Below, piece by piece: positions 43,126-52,337 of a stretch of DNA of 64,000 bases. Where the stretch lies: the NCBI GenBank assembly GCA_002432655.1, contig DJFZ01000005.1:191314-255313 (forward strand), written 5' to 3'. The stretch is from Thiotrichaceae bacterium UBA5859. GTDB taxonomy: Bacteria > Pseudomonadota > Gammaproteobacteria > UBA5859. Every line of letters begins with the position of its first letter. Within the stretch, counting starts at the first letter, position 1. A program made the translations under genes and the position numbers. The notes beneath the pieces were generated by a model. The model searched no databases, was not told the DNA's origin, and saw nothing but the letters and a program-made list of their open reading frames with translations.

Positions 43126-43336
43126 TGGGGTCAATTCTCTTAGCTTAATGGTGAGGTACTACCGTTTGTCGGTCTCAGGCTATAGTTCTTCCAGCATGGC
43201 ACCGATAGCTTAAGAGATAAATTAAAAAAACATTTAATTGAGTCTGCAGTTATTCTAGACTATTGAGTCGCAGTCAAAACTGAAAATCCTGAGTTTCCTA
43301 TTCATTATTGTTCCTAAGCGGTACAGAGGATTTGCT

Positions 43337-45958
43337 ATGCGACGGCCAATGATTACTCAATTCAGCTTTGCTCTTTCATCGATTTTGTTTTTCGGTTGTC
43401 AATCTTCGCAGACTGGTTTGGAAAATTTACAACAAGCATCAGATAATGCCACACAACAACAAACAATTTTGGTGAAACCTAGAGGATATGCATTACCTAC
43501 CAGCTTCTCAATTGCACCTCATACTAAGGAATCCACTCTCTCGACTGTGGGAGATTTAATTGGCACGATCTTAAGTGACGGAAATCAATTACACACTGAG
43601 TCCGATTACTATCAAGCAGTAGAACGCTCGCACGTTCATGAACCCTTATTGGAACAGTTTGGGTTAATCGACAATATTCTTTTTGGTCTTGCGCAGACTC
43701 ATTATGACGAGAGGGAAAACGTTAATATTGGTCCCTATTCGTCCAGGGTATACGTTCGTGATCAATCCAGTTTAGAGGATGTCTCTACCTATCAAGACTG
43801 GGTGATCGAATCAGAGGTGGAAACGAATGAAGGCGAAACAGGCATCCACACGGTCCGTGCCTGGATAGCGAGTCGTTCCAAATTAGGTCATCGTTCGATG
43901 CATGTAGAGTTGATCATCTATAGCCCTGCGTATGTGGATGCAGAAGGTGCCGTGAGCGATTTTGGGCAGTGGGATTTAAAGGTGAGTTTTCCTGCACAAC
44001 CCAATGACTTTCTGGTGGCAGAGGTTCGATATGAGAACGGCGAAGCATCCATAAAAATTAATAGTAGTGAAACTCGTTGGTTGGAGTCAGCAAATAAGAA
44101 TGTAGTATTCATCTATCAAGGTGAGTTACATCGAGGACGTGATAGAGGGTTTGGTAAATTTCGGTACAGCGATTTAGACTACTGCCGTCAGCTGAGTTCG
44201 GTAGGACAGGTACCTTGTGATTCAGGAGTGCCTGTGCGTGACCTGTCCTATGCGTACAATGCTAAAGGCATGAGTATTCAGAAGGATGGAGGCTCTATTT
44301 TTTATCGTGATCGAAAACAGACAGTGCAGATCCCCATGCAATATGGGTTATACAATAGTATGACCGGCGAAGATATCAAGAACAGTTTTCAGTTCGAATT
44401 TCCCATTTCTTACATCGACTCTATGGGCGAAGAGCATTGGGCGCGTTACGTGACCGAAAACGGTCGGCATTATTTAACTGGACTGACTGGTGCGTTACCC
44501 GCGGTTGATTCAGCTGTCATTAGAAGACAAATTGCTAAAACAGCAATCGAACGTCCTTATCAAGTGGCGCACCATACCCTCGGCACGTTATATCAAGTGG
44601 AGTCGTCAAGAGATGGTTTTAACAATGAACTGGAGCACTGGGTTTGGGAAGCCGACTATGATCGTCATTGGATCCTAAAATATGATGCTGACGACGCAGT
44701 TTGGCGCCGTTGTGTCGCGATATGGCAGGAAGCAGTAGGTTGCGATGAAAATGATCAAGGCTGGGTGGCATTTGATGACATGGCATCACTGGCACACATC
44801 GATCACCAGCGATTGCTGAATTATGATTTGTTTTCCAAAACAACTAATCTTCAGTTGGTCTATTTAAATGATGCTCGCGCTCATTCTGGCGTAGGATTTT
44901 ACGAAGCGAGCTATCATGCAGAAACGGGTCAACTTACGTCGATTGGTGCGCTATGGCGTGCCGCCGATGGAGAGATAATTGAAGCAAATATTCAGGGGTC
45001 ACTGTTGCTGCAGAAAGAGACGGACAATAACCAGTGGCATCGTTTCCGAGTAAATGATTCACTACTCTCAAGCGGCGTGCCTATTACATCTGGGGATTCA
45101 GAGCCTCATGATTGGCAGCCAGGTGCCTACCACTTTCGTCAGCCCGGGCGTCAGTTAATGCTTAGAGTCCAAAAAGATGGCTCTGAAAGTGTTCAGCACG
45201 AACATTGGCATGCGTTACATCCCAACACCGTACCCGACAAGGAGATTGCGGGCCAGCTTCTGCTCCGTAGCGGTGAAGATAATAGCCAATTATACAGCTT
45301 ACAGGGCAAAGAAGATCACAGCCATTTTATGTCCCTAGTTTATGCAAATGGCGTAAAAGAGGGCGAACTGGTGACCCACAGCGTCTGGGATCTCTGGCAA
45401 GTGAATAGTGCTGGTTCGTTAATCGATGCTGAAGGCAATGTCGTCGCAGCAGAGCAGCTTCAAGAGGCTGATGTCGCCAACCAGGTTGGTCAATATAGAT
45501 GGGTATATCGTCAAGATGGTTCAAGCCAGCAAAACTTTTTCAAGGATTCCATAGGTGATTGGGTGCAGTTGGCCTCTCCAAGAAGCTTTGAACCAGTGAG
45601 AATCGCCAAACAAAATGTTGCGTTAAAATTTGATTCTCAGTTACAGGGTTTAATGCATCCTCTACGTGATTTGACCAAGCTAGAGTGGCAATTAAACTCC
45701 GATATGGGTAAACATCTGGTACAAATAAGAGATGAAATCGAACTTCAAGATAGTGAATCGGGAATAAAATATTTGGCGAAACCGTTGATTCAATTTAATT
45801 TGGCTCAGCATGCAGGATTTAACAGCGGTGCTGCGCTCGATCTTGACCAGGCAAACAACATAGATTTATCAGAATTACCTGAGGCAGAACAGATCTCTCT
45901 ACCAAACATGCCTGCGGTGACTGCACCAAAATATGTCGGTGGTTTGCGGGCTGAGTGA
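43337..45958 (+). CDS. large lipoprotein of unknown function
   Basis: 873 aa uninterrupted ORF. N-terminus MRRPMITQFSFALSSILFFGCQSS has a lipobox with Cys21. I recognise no catalytic motif. Confidence 0.7.
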   Translation: MRRPMITQFSFALSSILFFGCQSSQTGLENLQQASDNATQQQTILVKPRGYALPTSFSIAPHTKESTLSTVGDLIGTILSDGNQLHTESDYYQAVERSHVHEPLLEQFGLIDNILFGLAQTHYDERENVNIGPYSSRVYVRDQSSLEDVSTYQDWVIESEVETNEGETGIHTVRAWIASRSKLGHRSMHVELIIYSPAYVDAEGAVSDFGQWDLKVSFPAQPNDFLVAEVRYENGEASIKINSSETRWLESANKNVVFIYQGELHRGRDRGFGKFRYSDLDYCRQLSSVGQVPCDSGVPVRDLSYAYNAKGMSIQKDGGSIFYRDRKQTVQIPMQYGLYNSMTGEDIKNSFQFEFPISYIDSMGEEHWARYVTENGRHYLTGLTGALPAVDSAVIRRQIAKTAIERPYQVAHHTLGTLYQVESSRDGFNNELEHWVWEADYDRHWILKYDADDAVWRRCVAIWQEAVGCDENDQGWVAFDDMASLAHIDHQRLLNYDLFSKTTNLQLVYLNDARAHSGVGFYEASYHAETGQLTSIGALWRAADGEIIEANIQGSLLLQKETDNNQWHRFRVNDSLLSSGVPITSGDSEPHDWQPGAYHFRQPGRQLMLRVQKDGSESVQHEHWHALHPNTVPDKEIAGQLLLRSGEDNSQLYSLQGKEDHSHFMSLVYANGVKEGELVTHSVWDLWQVNSAGSLIDAEGNVVAAEQLQEADVANQVGQYRWVYRQDGSSQQNFFKDSIGDWVQLASPRSFEPVRIAKQNVALKFDSQLQGLMHPLRDLTKLEWQLNSDMGKHLVQIRDEIELQDSESGIKYLAKPLIQFNLAQHAGFNSGAALDLDQANNIDLSELPEAEQISLPNMPAVTAPKYVGGLRAE

Positions 45959-46032
45959 GTTGTTACTATCTTATTATGCGCAAGTTAACGGTGTTTCTGC
46001 GGCTTAGATTGATACTACTGGAGTGATGGTAA

Positions 46033-46806
46033 TTGCATGGTGAGGTAATTAATAAACGATTAGAAAACGGAATACAAATCTATACAAAATCTACCCATAG
46101 TGTCACTGATGAGCAGATTGAGTATTGGGTTAAAAATTGGTTTTGCGAACAAGAGAAGGATAAATATTCAGCCTTCCGATCCTCTGAAGATAGACGTTTA
46201 TATGCGGTTGCTCACGGCTTGACAAGATTCGTGTTGTCTCGGTGCGCATCGATTGCACCACAAAACTGGCGTTTTAGATTTAATGAGTATGGTAAACCGG
46301 AAATAGCAAACGCTTTGTCGGATCATCTCTATTTTAATTTATCTCATACCAAGGGCCTTGCCGTATGTGCCCTAAGTCGGCATCAGGTGTGCGGCGTGGA
46401 TGTAGAGTTAGCGGCAAAGTTGGACGATTTGGAGCAAGTTGCCCAAGAGGTTTACTCTCCACAGGAATTAGATAGCTTATTCTCCTTGAAAGGATCTGAA
46501 CGTCTGCACAGATTTTACTGGTTGTGGACACATAAGGAAGCGTTTATAAAGGCTTGCGGAATAGGTATGTCGCTACCATTGAAAACTTTTTCTATCGAAG
46601 GTGAAAAAAACAATTGTAGAATGGTATTTCATCCTGGTTTTCCCGGGGATCATGAGCAGAGATTTGATGCCTCCAGATGGGGTTTTTATTGGAGCTTGTT
46701 GGACAAGCGTTATCAACTCACGGTTTCTTCTCCCAGTTGGGAGATCTGTCAACAGAGTGGCGTTCATTCATTAGACTCATTAGACTTTAGTCAGTCAAGC
46801 AACTAA
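46033..46806 (+). CDS. 4'-phosphopantetheinyl transferase, Sfp/EntD type
   Basis: GKPE, GVDVE and WTHKEAFIKACG motifs at the spacing of group II PPTases. About 250 aa. TTG start in the track. Confidence 0.85.
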   Translation: MHGEVINKRLENGIQIYTKSTHSVTDEQIEYWVKNWFCEQEKDKYSAFRSSEDRRLYAVAHGLTRFVLSRCASIAPQNWRFRFNEYGKPEIANALSDHLYFNLSHTKGLAVCALSRHQVCGVDVELAAKLDDLEQVAQEVYSPQELDSLFSLKGSERLHRFYWLWTHKEAFIKACGIGMSLPLKTFSIEGEKNNCRMVFHPGFPGDHEQRFDASRWGFYWSLLDKRYQLTVSSPSWEICQQSGVHSLDSLDFSQSSN

Positions 46807-46963
46807 TATCCGTTTGTTGTCACTTTTCACGGATTTCTTTTCCTCAAGTCAGACCAATGGTCTTGTAAATCGATTGCAGTTGGTTCACATTTGTTCTATA
46901 AAAATAATTATCTGGCTACGAAAATATAAAAAATTAGAAAAATTTGAAGGCGGGAGATTTCAG

Positions 46964-47725
46964 ATGATCCTTAGACTCTTTGTGATGACCATTTTTATTT
47001 TTTCCTTCGGTCTATCCTATACCGCTACTGCGGAAAAGATGATGTACGACTTACCAAACGGTGACTACTATGAAGGAGATATAGTTAATGGAGTGAAACA
47101 AGGTAGAGGAATATATCGTTGGAGCAATGGCGATCGGTATGAAGGTGAATGGCACAATAATCAATTCTCAGGAGAGGGTACGTTTACGTTCGCCAACCAA
47201 GATCGTTATCAAGGAGAATGGAAAACAGGACAGTTTGACGGCAATGGAACCTATACCTGGGCCTCTGGTAGTCGTTATGTGGGAAAGTTTAAGAATGGCC
47301 AGAAACATGGGTTTGGCGAATATATCTGGGGCGAAGGCGAACGTTACGAAGGAAATTGGCAAAAAAATAAGCGCAGTGGTAAAGGGACTCGCTACTGGCC
47401 AGATGGTAAAAAATATATCGGAGAATATCGCAATGATAAACGTCATGGGAAAGGGGTGATGACGTGGCCAGAAGGAGAAAAATACGTGGGTGAATACCAA
47501 AATGGTCACCAGTCCGGTACCGGTGTATTGACTTGGCCGGATGGTCATCGGTATGAAGGTCAATTTGTGAAAAATAAGAAGACTGGGGAAGGAACATTTC
47601 TGTGGCCGAACGGTGATAAATACGTGGGTAGATTTGTTGATGATCTACCTGAAGGCGAGAGTACTTGCTACTTTTCCGGAAAAGAGGAGAAGTGTGTTTA
47701 TCGTCGTGGTCAGCGCATTAACTAG
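46964..47725 (+). CDS. secreted MORN-repeat protein
   Basis: Start reassigned to ATG 46964, preceded by GGCGGGAG, giving the signal peptide MILRLFVMTIFIFSFGLSYTATA. About 8.5 tandem 23-aa repeats follow, of the form Y-x-G-[ED]-[WFY]-x4-x-G-x-G-x4-W-x-x-G. Confidence 0.85.
   Translation: MILRLFVMTIFIFSFGLSYTATAEKMMYDLPNGDYYEGDIVNGVKQGRGIYRWSNGDRYEGEWHNNQFSGEGTFTFANQDRYQGEWKTGQFDGNGTYTWASGSRYVGKFKNGQKHGFGEYIWGEGERYEGNWQKNKRSGKGTRYWPDGKKYIGEYRNDKRHGKGVMTWPEGEKYVGEYQNGHQSGTGVLTWPDGHRYEGQFVKNKKTGEGTFLWPNGDKYVGRFVDDLPEGESTCYFSGKEEKCVYRRGQRIN
47069..47675 (+). repeat. tandem 69-nt (23-codon) MORN repeat array inside the CDS
   Basis: Repeats are visible in the translation: YEGEWHNNQFSGEGTFTFANQDR / YQGEWKTGQFDGNGTYTWASGSR / YVGKFKNGQKHGFGEYIWGEGER and so on. 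The array also produces spurious long ORFs in other frames. Confidence 0.8.
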
Positions 47726-47764
47726 GACTCGGTTTTAAATAGCGTCCTCATTATTAGATGGCCG

Positions 47765-49192
47765 CTATTCAGCCTTCGGTAGCGGTACTGTCTCCAACCA
47801 ATTGCTTACTTGACTGAGATCTTCTAACTTTAAGTCGCCAACCGCTTGTTTGAGTCGAAAATTGTGGAGTATATAGTCAATGCGCGCGAGGTTCAGATCT
47901 CTTTCAGCGTTCAGTAACGTGCGTTGTGCGTTTAACACATCCATCAACGTACGGGTGCCACTATCAAAACTAGCTTTAGTCGCTTGTACTGCCCTTTTGT
48001 TGGAAACAATGGCTAATTTTTGAGCAGTTACTCTGGTTACTGCCGCATTCACCAAATAAAATTGGTTTTCTGTGAAGATTGCTACTGAACGTTTTTGTGC
48101 GTGGTAAAGCTCTTCAGCTTCGCGAAACTTGTAGTAAGCTTGTCTTGTTGCTGCACTCACACCACCACCACTAAAAATGGGTAAAAACAGTTCCACGCCA
48201 TAGCTTTCCGTATCCGCCGGTGGGATAAAACCAGAGCCGTCTTCTGTATCTACTCGATTGATTGCGCTGACAAAATTCAAAGTGGGTAGATGGCCAGATT
48301 GATTTTTTTGCGTCTCTCGTTGCGCGGCTCGCACTCCTTGTTTCGCAGCATACAGTTCTAGATTGGATTCCAAGGCGCGAGTAATCCAGGCCTTGGCGGT
48401 GTCCGGAACAGGTGCCGAGATAGGAATATCGGCTTTCAGGCGACCAATTTCCTTGAAGCTTGAGCCCGTGAGGTTTTCTAGATTACGTAGAGCCAGAGCT
48501 AACCCACTTTTTGCGAGCAAGATCTGAGTTTGGCTCAGATCCGCAGCAGCCTGGGCTTCAAAGACGGCAGTATTCGCCAGAAGTCCGAGTTCATAACGTC
48601 GATTGGCTTGTTGCAGTTGAAAGTCAACCGCTTGCTGCTCCCGCGTGGCAAATTCTAAGTCTTCTAATGCACGTAATACGTCGAAGTAGGTTTCTGTAAC
48701 TCTTAATATAAGTTCTTGCTGATCTGCATCAAACTTCCATTCAGCTTGATTTTTAAGCGCTTTGGATTTTTGGTAGTCATACCAACGATCCATTTGAAAC
48801 AGGGGTTGTCGGAGGCGCAACGATAAGGATTGGCTTTGATAGTCTATGGCCCTCTCTTGCGTCACGAACAGACAAGTGGGGTCAAATTCGTTTAAGTTGG
48901 CAACATTAAAGTCGCAGTCGGTGAGCGCGTCAGAATTAAATTCTGGTGTCCCTGGTCCGTCGTAGGAATTTTCGGTATACGTCGCCGATGCTGAGATGTT
49001 AGGGAGTAAACGAGAAAGACCGAGTTTTGGTAATTCACGACCTGCGCGTAGGGCGGCTTTGGCTGCTATCCACTGGTGATCATGTTCCGTTGCTAACTCA
49101 TAAATTGCAGTTAGCTCTGAAGACTCTGTGCTAGGCGGTAGAATAACCAGTAGAGCAAGCGCTAGTGGTAAAAGACGAATTTGGTACTTCAT
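47765..49192 (-). CDS. TolC-family outer membrane efflux protein (second copy)
   Basis: Signal peptide, an N-terminus like TolC (LTAIYELATEHDHQWIAAKAALRAGRE) and a two-fold repeat architecture. 475 aa. Confidence 0.85.
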   Translation of the reverse strand: MKYQIRLLPLALALLVILPPSTESSELTAIYELATEHDHQWIAAKAALRAGRELPKLGLSRLLPNISASATYTENSYDGPGTPEFNSDALTDCDFNVANLNEFDPTCLFVTQERAIDYQSQSLSLRLRQPLFQMDRWYDYQKSKALKNQAEWKFDADQQELILRVTETYFDVLRALEDLEFATREQQAVDFQLQQANRRYELGLLANTAVFEAQAAADLSQTQILLAKSGLALALRNLENLTGSSFKEIGRLKADIPISAPVPDTAKAWITRALESNLELYAAKQGVRAAQRETQKNQSGHLPTLNFVSAINRVDTEDGSGFIPPADTESYGVELFLPIFSGGGVSAATRQAYYKFREAEELYHAQKRSVAIFTENQFYLVNAAVTRVTAQKLAIVSNKRAVQATKASFDSGTRTLMDVLNAQRTLLNAERDLNLARIDYILHNFRLKQAVGDLKLEDLSQVSNWLETVPLPKAE

Positions 49193-49618
49193 GTCTCTGA
49201 CTTTCTTTTAATAATTACGAGTTCAGTGTCATCAAACTGAATCACTCACATTTGATCTGAATTGACTATTTTGCACCTTTGCAGGTATCTGTTACCAGGA
49301 GAAATCTGTCATTTGGCCAGTATCTCAGGTTCTTAGCAAGCAATCGGACTGATGGCGACTTTCAGTACTTGCGGATAATACTCACAAGGGCAAATTCTTA
49401 TCAGCCGGATTTTCTTTTATTGTCTGGCGCCGCTTAAATTTTGTCTGGAAAACCCGCCATAATTTGCCCCATTTGTTAATTTTAACTATGAATAGTTAGC
49501 CATCTAGCCGTTGATTTCGATTTCCAAGGAAAATTAACATATATTGTCGTTTATGTTAGCCTCCAATAGTTGGTTTGAAACCGATTAAAGTTGATAAGTA
49601 GTCAAAACAACTCATTGT

Positions 49619-49635
49619 TAGTGAACATATTCACC
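49619..49635. promoter_or_regulatory. CRP-like inverted repeat (aGTGA-N6-TCACc) in the long spacer
   Basis: TAGTGAACATATTCACC matches the TGTGA-N6-TCACA core at 8/10. It lies roughly midway between the divergent TolC and thioesterase genes. Confidence 0.25.
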
Positions 49636-50060
49636 GAAATTTGATGACTGTTTGACGTGACTAATGGGGAGTAAGAAGTCGAAAACCATAAAAGCAATTA
49701 TAAGTATCGGTAATTGATGCTTTGTTTAAAACAATATTTGGTCGATTAACTAAAATAACGTTAAATTAAATAAATTCGCCGTTTAAAATGACTTTAGTCT
49801 CTAGTTCTTATTTATATTTTCATTCAAAATGAGTGAAGTTGAGCGAGATCAGAGAGTTGTGCTTGCACTGCGCAAAGGGTGTTTGATGTCTCCGCATCTC
49901 GTGCGGTTGTTTCGCCTGAATTAATAACCGATAAAAAAACCATATGAATCAAAATCTTGAGATAACAGGGTAGCCATTTGGAGAAGTTGGTAAGGATCAG
50001 CAAAAGAGATCCAGGTAGAGGTTTCTACCATACAAAGAATGCCGAGGGTTATGAGAATTT

Positions 50061-50087
50061 ACCTCTTCCAAGTAGGGGGTTTTTTTT
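50061..50087 (+). terminator. weak terminator-like hairpin plus U8, 30 nt upstream of the thioesterase start
   Basis: ACCTCT-TCCAAGT-AGGGGGT forms 6 bp including one G-U pair, followed by TTTTTTTT. The stem is marginal, so this could be coincidental. Confidence 0.35.
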
Positions 50088-50117
50088 CAACACAATCGAT
50101 TTAGATGAGATGTTTCA

Positions 50118-50891
50118 TTGATGAGTGGTAACGTACAGAAAAATCCGTGGTTCCATATTCCTCATGCCAGAGAGAATCCACGGGTGCGACTCTTCTGTTT
50201 TTGTTACGCTGGCGGTAGCGCACAAATTTTCCATGACTGGCCAAATTATTTGTCAGATCAAATAGAAGTTTATGCTATTCAGCTGCCAGGGCGCGGCTCC
50301 CGGTTACTTGAAGAACCTCTGGTCTCTATGGATGCTTTGGTGCCAGAATTGTGTTCGGCGCTGGAGTCTGAAATCATCGTGCCGTTTGCTTTTTTCGGAC
50401 ATAGCATGGGTGCTCAGGTGGCGTTCGAACTCATTCTGCGATTGCGAGAAGAGGGTAAGTCATTGCCGAGTATGTTGTTGGTGAGTGGTCGTCGTGCCCC
50501 TCAATTGAAGCATCGAAAAAAACAGATTTATGATTTACCTGATGAAGAGTTTAAACGAGAATTGGTACGACTAAATGGTACCCCCACGGAAATACTTGAA
50601 CAACCTGAATTGATGGAGTTATTGGGTCCGGCATTGAGAGCGGATTTCCAATTAATTGAAACTTGGCGTTATCAATCACGGTCGCCGATAAACATACCGA
50701 TAGCTGCGTTTGGTGGTATAGAAGATATTGATGTGAGTTTTAGTGACTTGGATGCCTGGAGTGAGCAGACTGAGTCGGTTTTCTCGGTGCAGATGTTTCA
50801 GGGCGATCATTTTTTCTTGAATACACACAAGCAAGAGCTATTAACTCGTATTCAATATTTATTGGCACCTGAACAGAATAGCATTGTATAA
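50118..50891 (+). CDS. type II thioesterase (GrsT/alpha-beta hydrolase family)
   Basis: FCFCYAGGSAQIF N-terminus, nucleophile elbow GHSMGA and C-terminal GDHFF histidine motif. About 255 aa. The likely start is ATG 50121. Confidence 0.85.
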   Translation: MMSGNVQKNPWFHIPHARENPRVRLFCFCYAGGSAQIFHDWPNYLSDQIEVYAIQLPGRGSRLLEEPLVSMDALVPELCSALESEIIVPFAFFGHSMGAQVAFELILRLREEGKSLPSMLLVSGRRAPQLKHRKKQIYDLPDEEFKRELVRLNGTPTEILEQPELMELLGPALRADFQLIETWRYQSRSPINIPIAAFGGIEDIDVSFSDLDAWSEQTESVFSVQMFQGDHFFLNTHKQELLTRIQYLLAPEQNSIV

Positions 50892-50930
50892 AAATAGAGA
50901 CGTTAGAAGAGAGCGATAAAGAAATCAAAA

Positions 50931-52337
50931 ATGAATAAAGTTATAAAAATATTGGTACCCTTTGTTGTTCTAGTAGTGAGTATCGGCTTAGCTTGGTTTC
51001 TCATTAAATTCGGCCCCGAAGTTGAACAGACGCAAGTTGAAAAGCGTGTCCCTGCTGTTAGTGTGGTGGAGGCGGCGTCGAAGACCTTAAGTATCCCTGT
51101 ATATACACGTGGAACGGTGATTCCGGGTACAGAGATCCAACTATCTGCCGAGGTGGCGGGAAAAATTATCAGTGTATCCAAAAACTTTAAGAATGGAGGG
51201 TTTTTTAAGAAGGGAGATACACTATTCACCGTCGATCCCACATTGTTTAAGTTGGATGTAAAAAAGGCCAAGGCGATGGTCGCAACTGCTAAATTGAATT
51301 TTGAAAAAGCGCAAGCAAATGTAGAGGCTAACCGTTCCATCTCAGGTTTGCCCCAGACAGATTTTGCTCTAGGGATCCCACAGCTCGAAGAGGCGCGAAC
51401 ACGATACGAAGCTGCTAAAGCTGATGCGCAATTGGCGCAAATTCAGCTAAGCCGGGCTTCGTTAAAGGCGCCGTTTCGTGGACGCATACGTCAAAAGTTA
51501 GTGGATGTGGGTAAATACGTCACTCCAGGGATGCCGGTGGCGGTTTATTATGCGACTGCGACTGCAGAAGTGCGCTTGCCGCTCACGGATGAACAGCAAA
51601 AGTTAATCGATATTCCATTGCAATACGAAGATAACGAACCATTCACAGAACCCGTTAATGTCAGCTTTACTGATACCAGCGGTCGATATCAGTGGCAAGG
51701 GCAGTTAGTTCGCAGCGAAGCAGGGTTCGATGAAACAAATAGATTATTTTACGTCGTGGCAGAAGTAGATTCGCCTTACAAACGTGATCCGACGCAACCA
51801 GAAAAGCCGCCATTTGCGGCAGGATTATTCGTAGATGCGCAAATAGAGGGGCGTGTGCATGACGGCGTAATCGAATTACCGCGAGAAGTACTGCATGCCA
51901 ACGATGTCATCTGGACTGTGGATGAATCCTCTAAATTAAAGAAAAAGCAGGTAGAGGTTTTACATCGAGGACGAGACACCGTATTTATTGCAAATGGAAT
52001 TAAACCTGGGGAGTGGGTAATCACCACGCTACTCGATGTCGCAGTGGACGGCATGCAAGTGAAAATTTTGCAACCTCAGAGAAGCGAAAGGGCGGTCACT
52101 ACGCCACAACAGGAGCCGTTGCCGAGTGATGAAACTCTCGATAATCGAACCGCAGTGGTCAAATCCCAAAAAGATTCTGCCGAAAAGCAATTGTCCACAA
52201 ATATCGAACAGCCCAATGTTCCAAAAATCCAATCTGTTGCGCCTAGTGTTCAAGAAGCAGAAACAGAAAAACCGTCAGTTGATCTGGCTCAGCACATCGT
52301 TGGTGGTATTAAACCCATGGAGGAGTCACCTAGGTGA
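50931..52337 (+). CDS. efflux periplasmic adaptor (MFP/HlyD family), TM-anchored, with a long C-terminal tail
   Basis: N-terminal TM segment (ILVPFVVLVVSIGLAWFLI), lipoyl/hairpin region (AKAMVATAKLNFEKAQANVEA ... AKADAQLAQIQLSRA) and a beta-barrel part. A tail of about 95 aa rich in Q/E/P/S follows. Confidence 0.85.
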   Translation: MNKVIKILVPFVVLVVSIGLAWFLIKFGPEVEQTQVEKRVPAVSVVEAASKTLSIPVYTRGTVIPGTEIQLSAEVAGKIISVSKNFKNGGFFKKGDTLFTVDPTLFKLDVKKAKAMVATAKLNFEKAQANVEANRSISGLPQTDFALGIPQLEEARTRYEAAKADAQLAQIQLSRASLKAPFRGRIRQKLVDVGKYVTPGMPVAVYYATATAEVRLPLTDEQQKLIDIPLQYEDNEPFTEPVNVSFTDTSGRYQWQGQLVRSEAGFDETNRLFYVVAEVDSPYKRDPTQPEKPPFAAGLFVDAQIEGRVHDGVIELPREVLHANDVIWTVDESSKLKKKQVEVLHRGRDTVFIANGIKPGEWVITTLLDVAVDGMQVKILQPQRSERAVTTPQQEPLPSDETLDNRTAVVKSQKDSAEKQLSTNIEQPNVPKIQSVAPSVQEAETEKPSVDLAQHIVGGIKPMEESPR

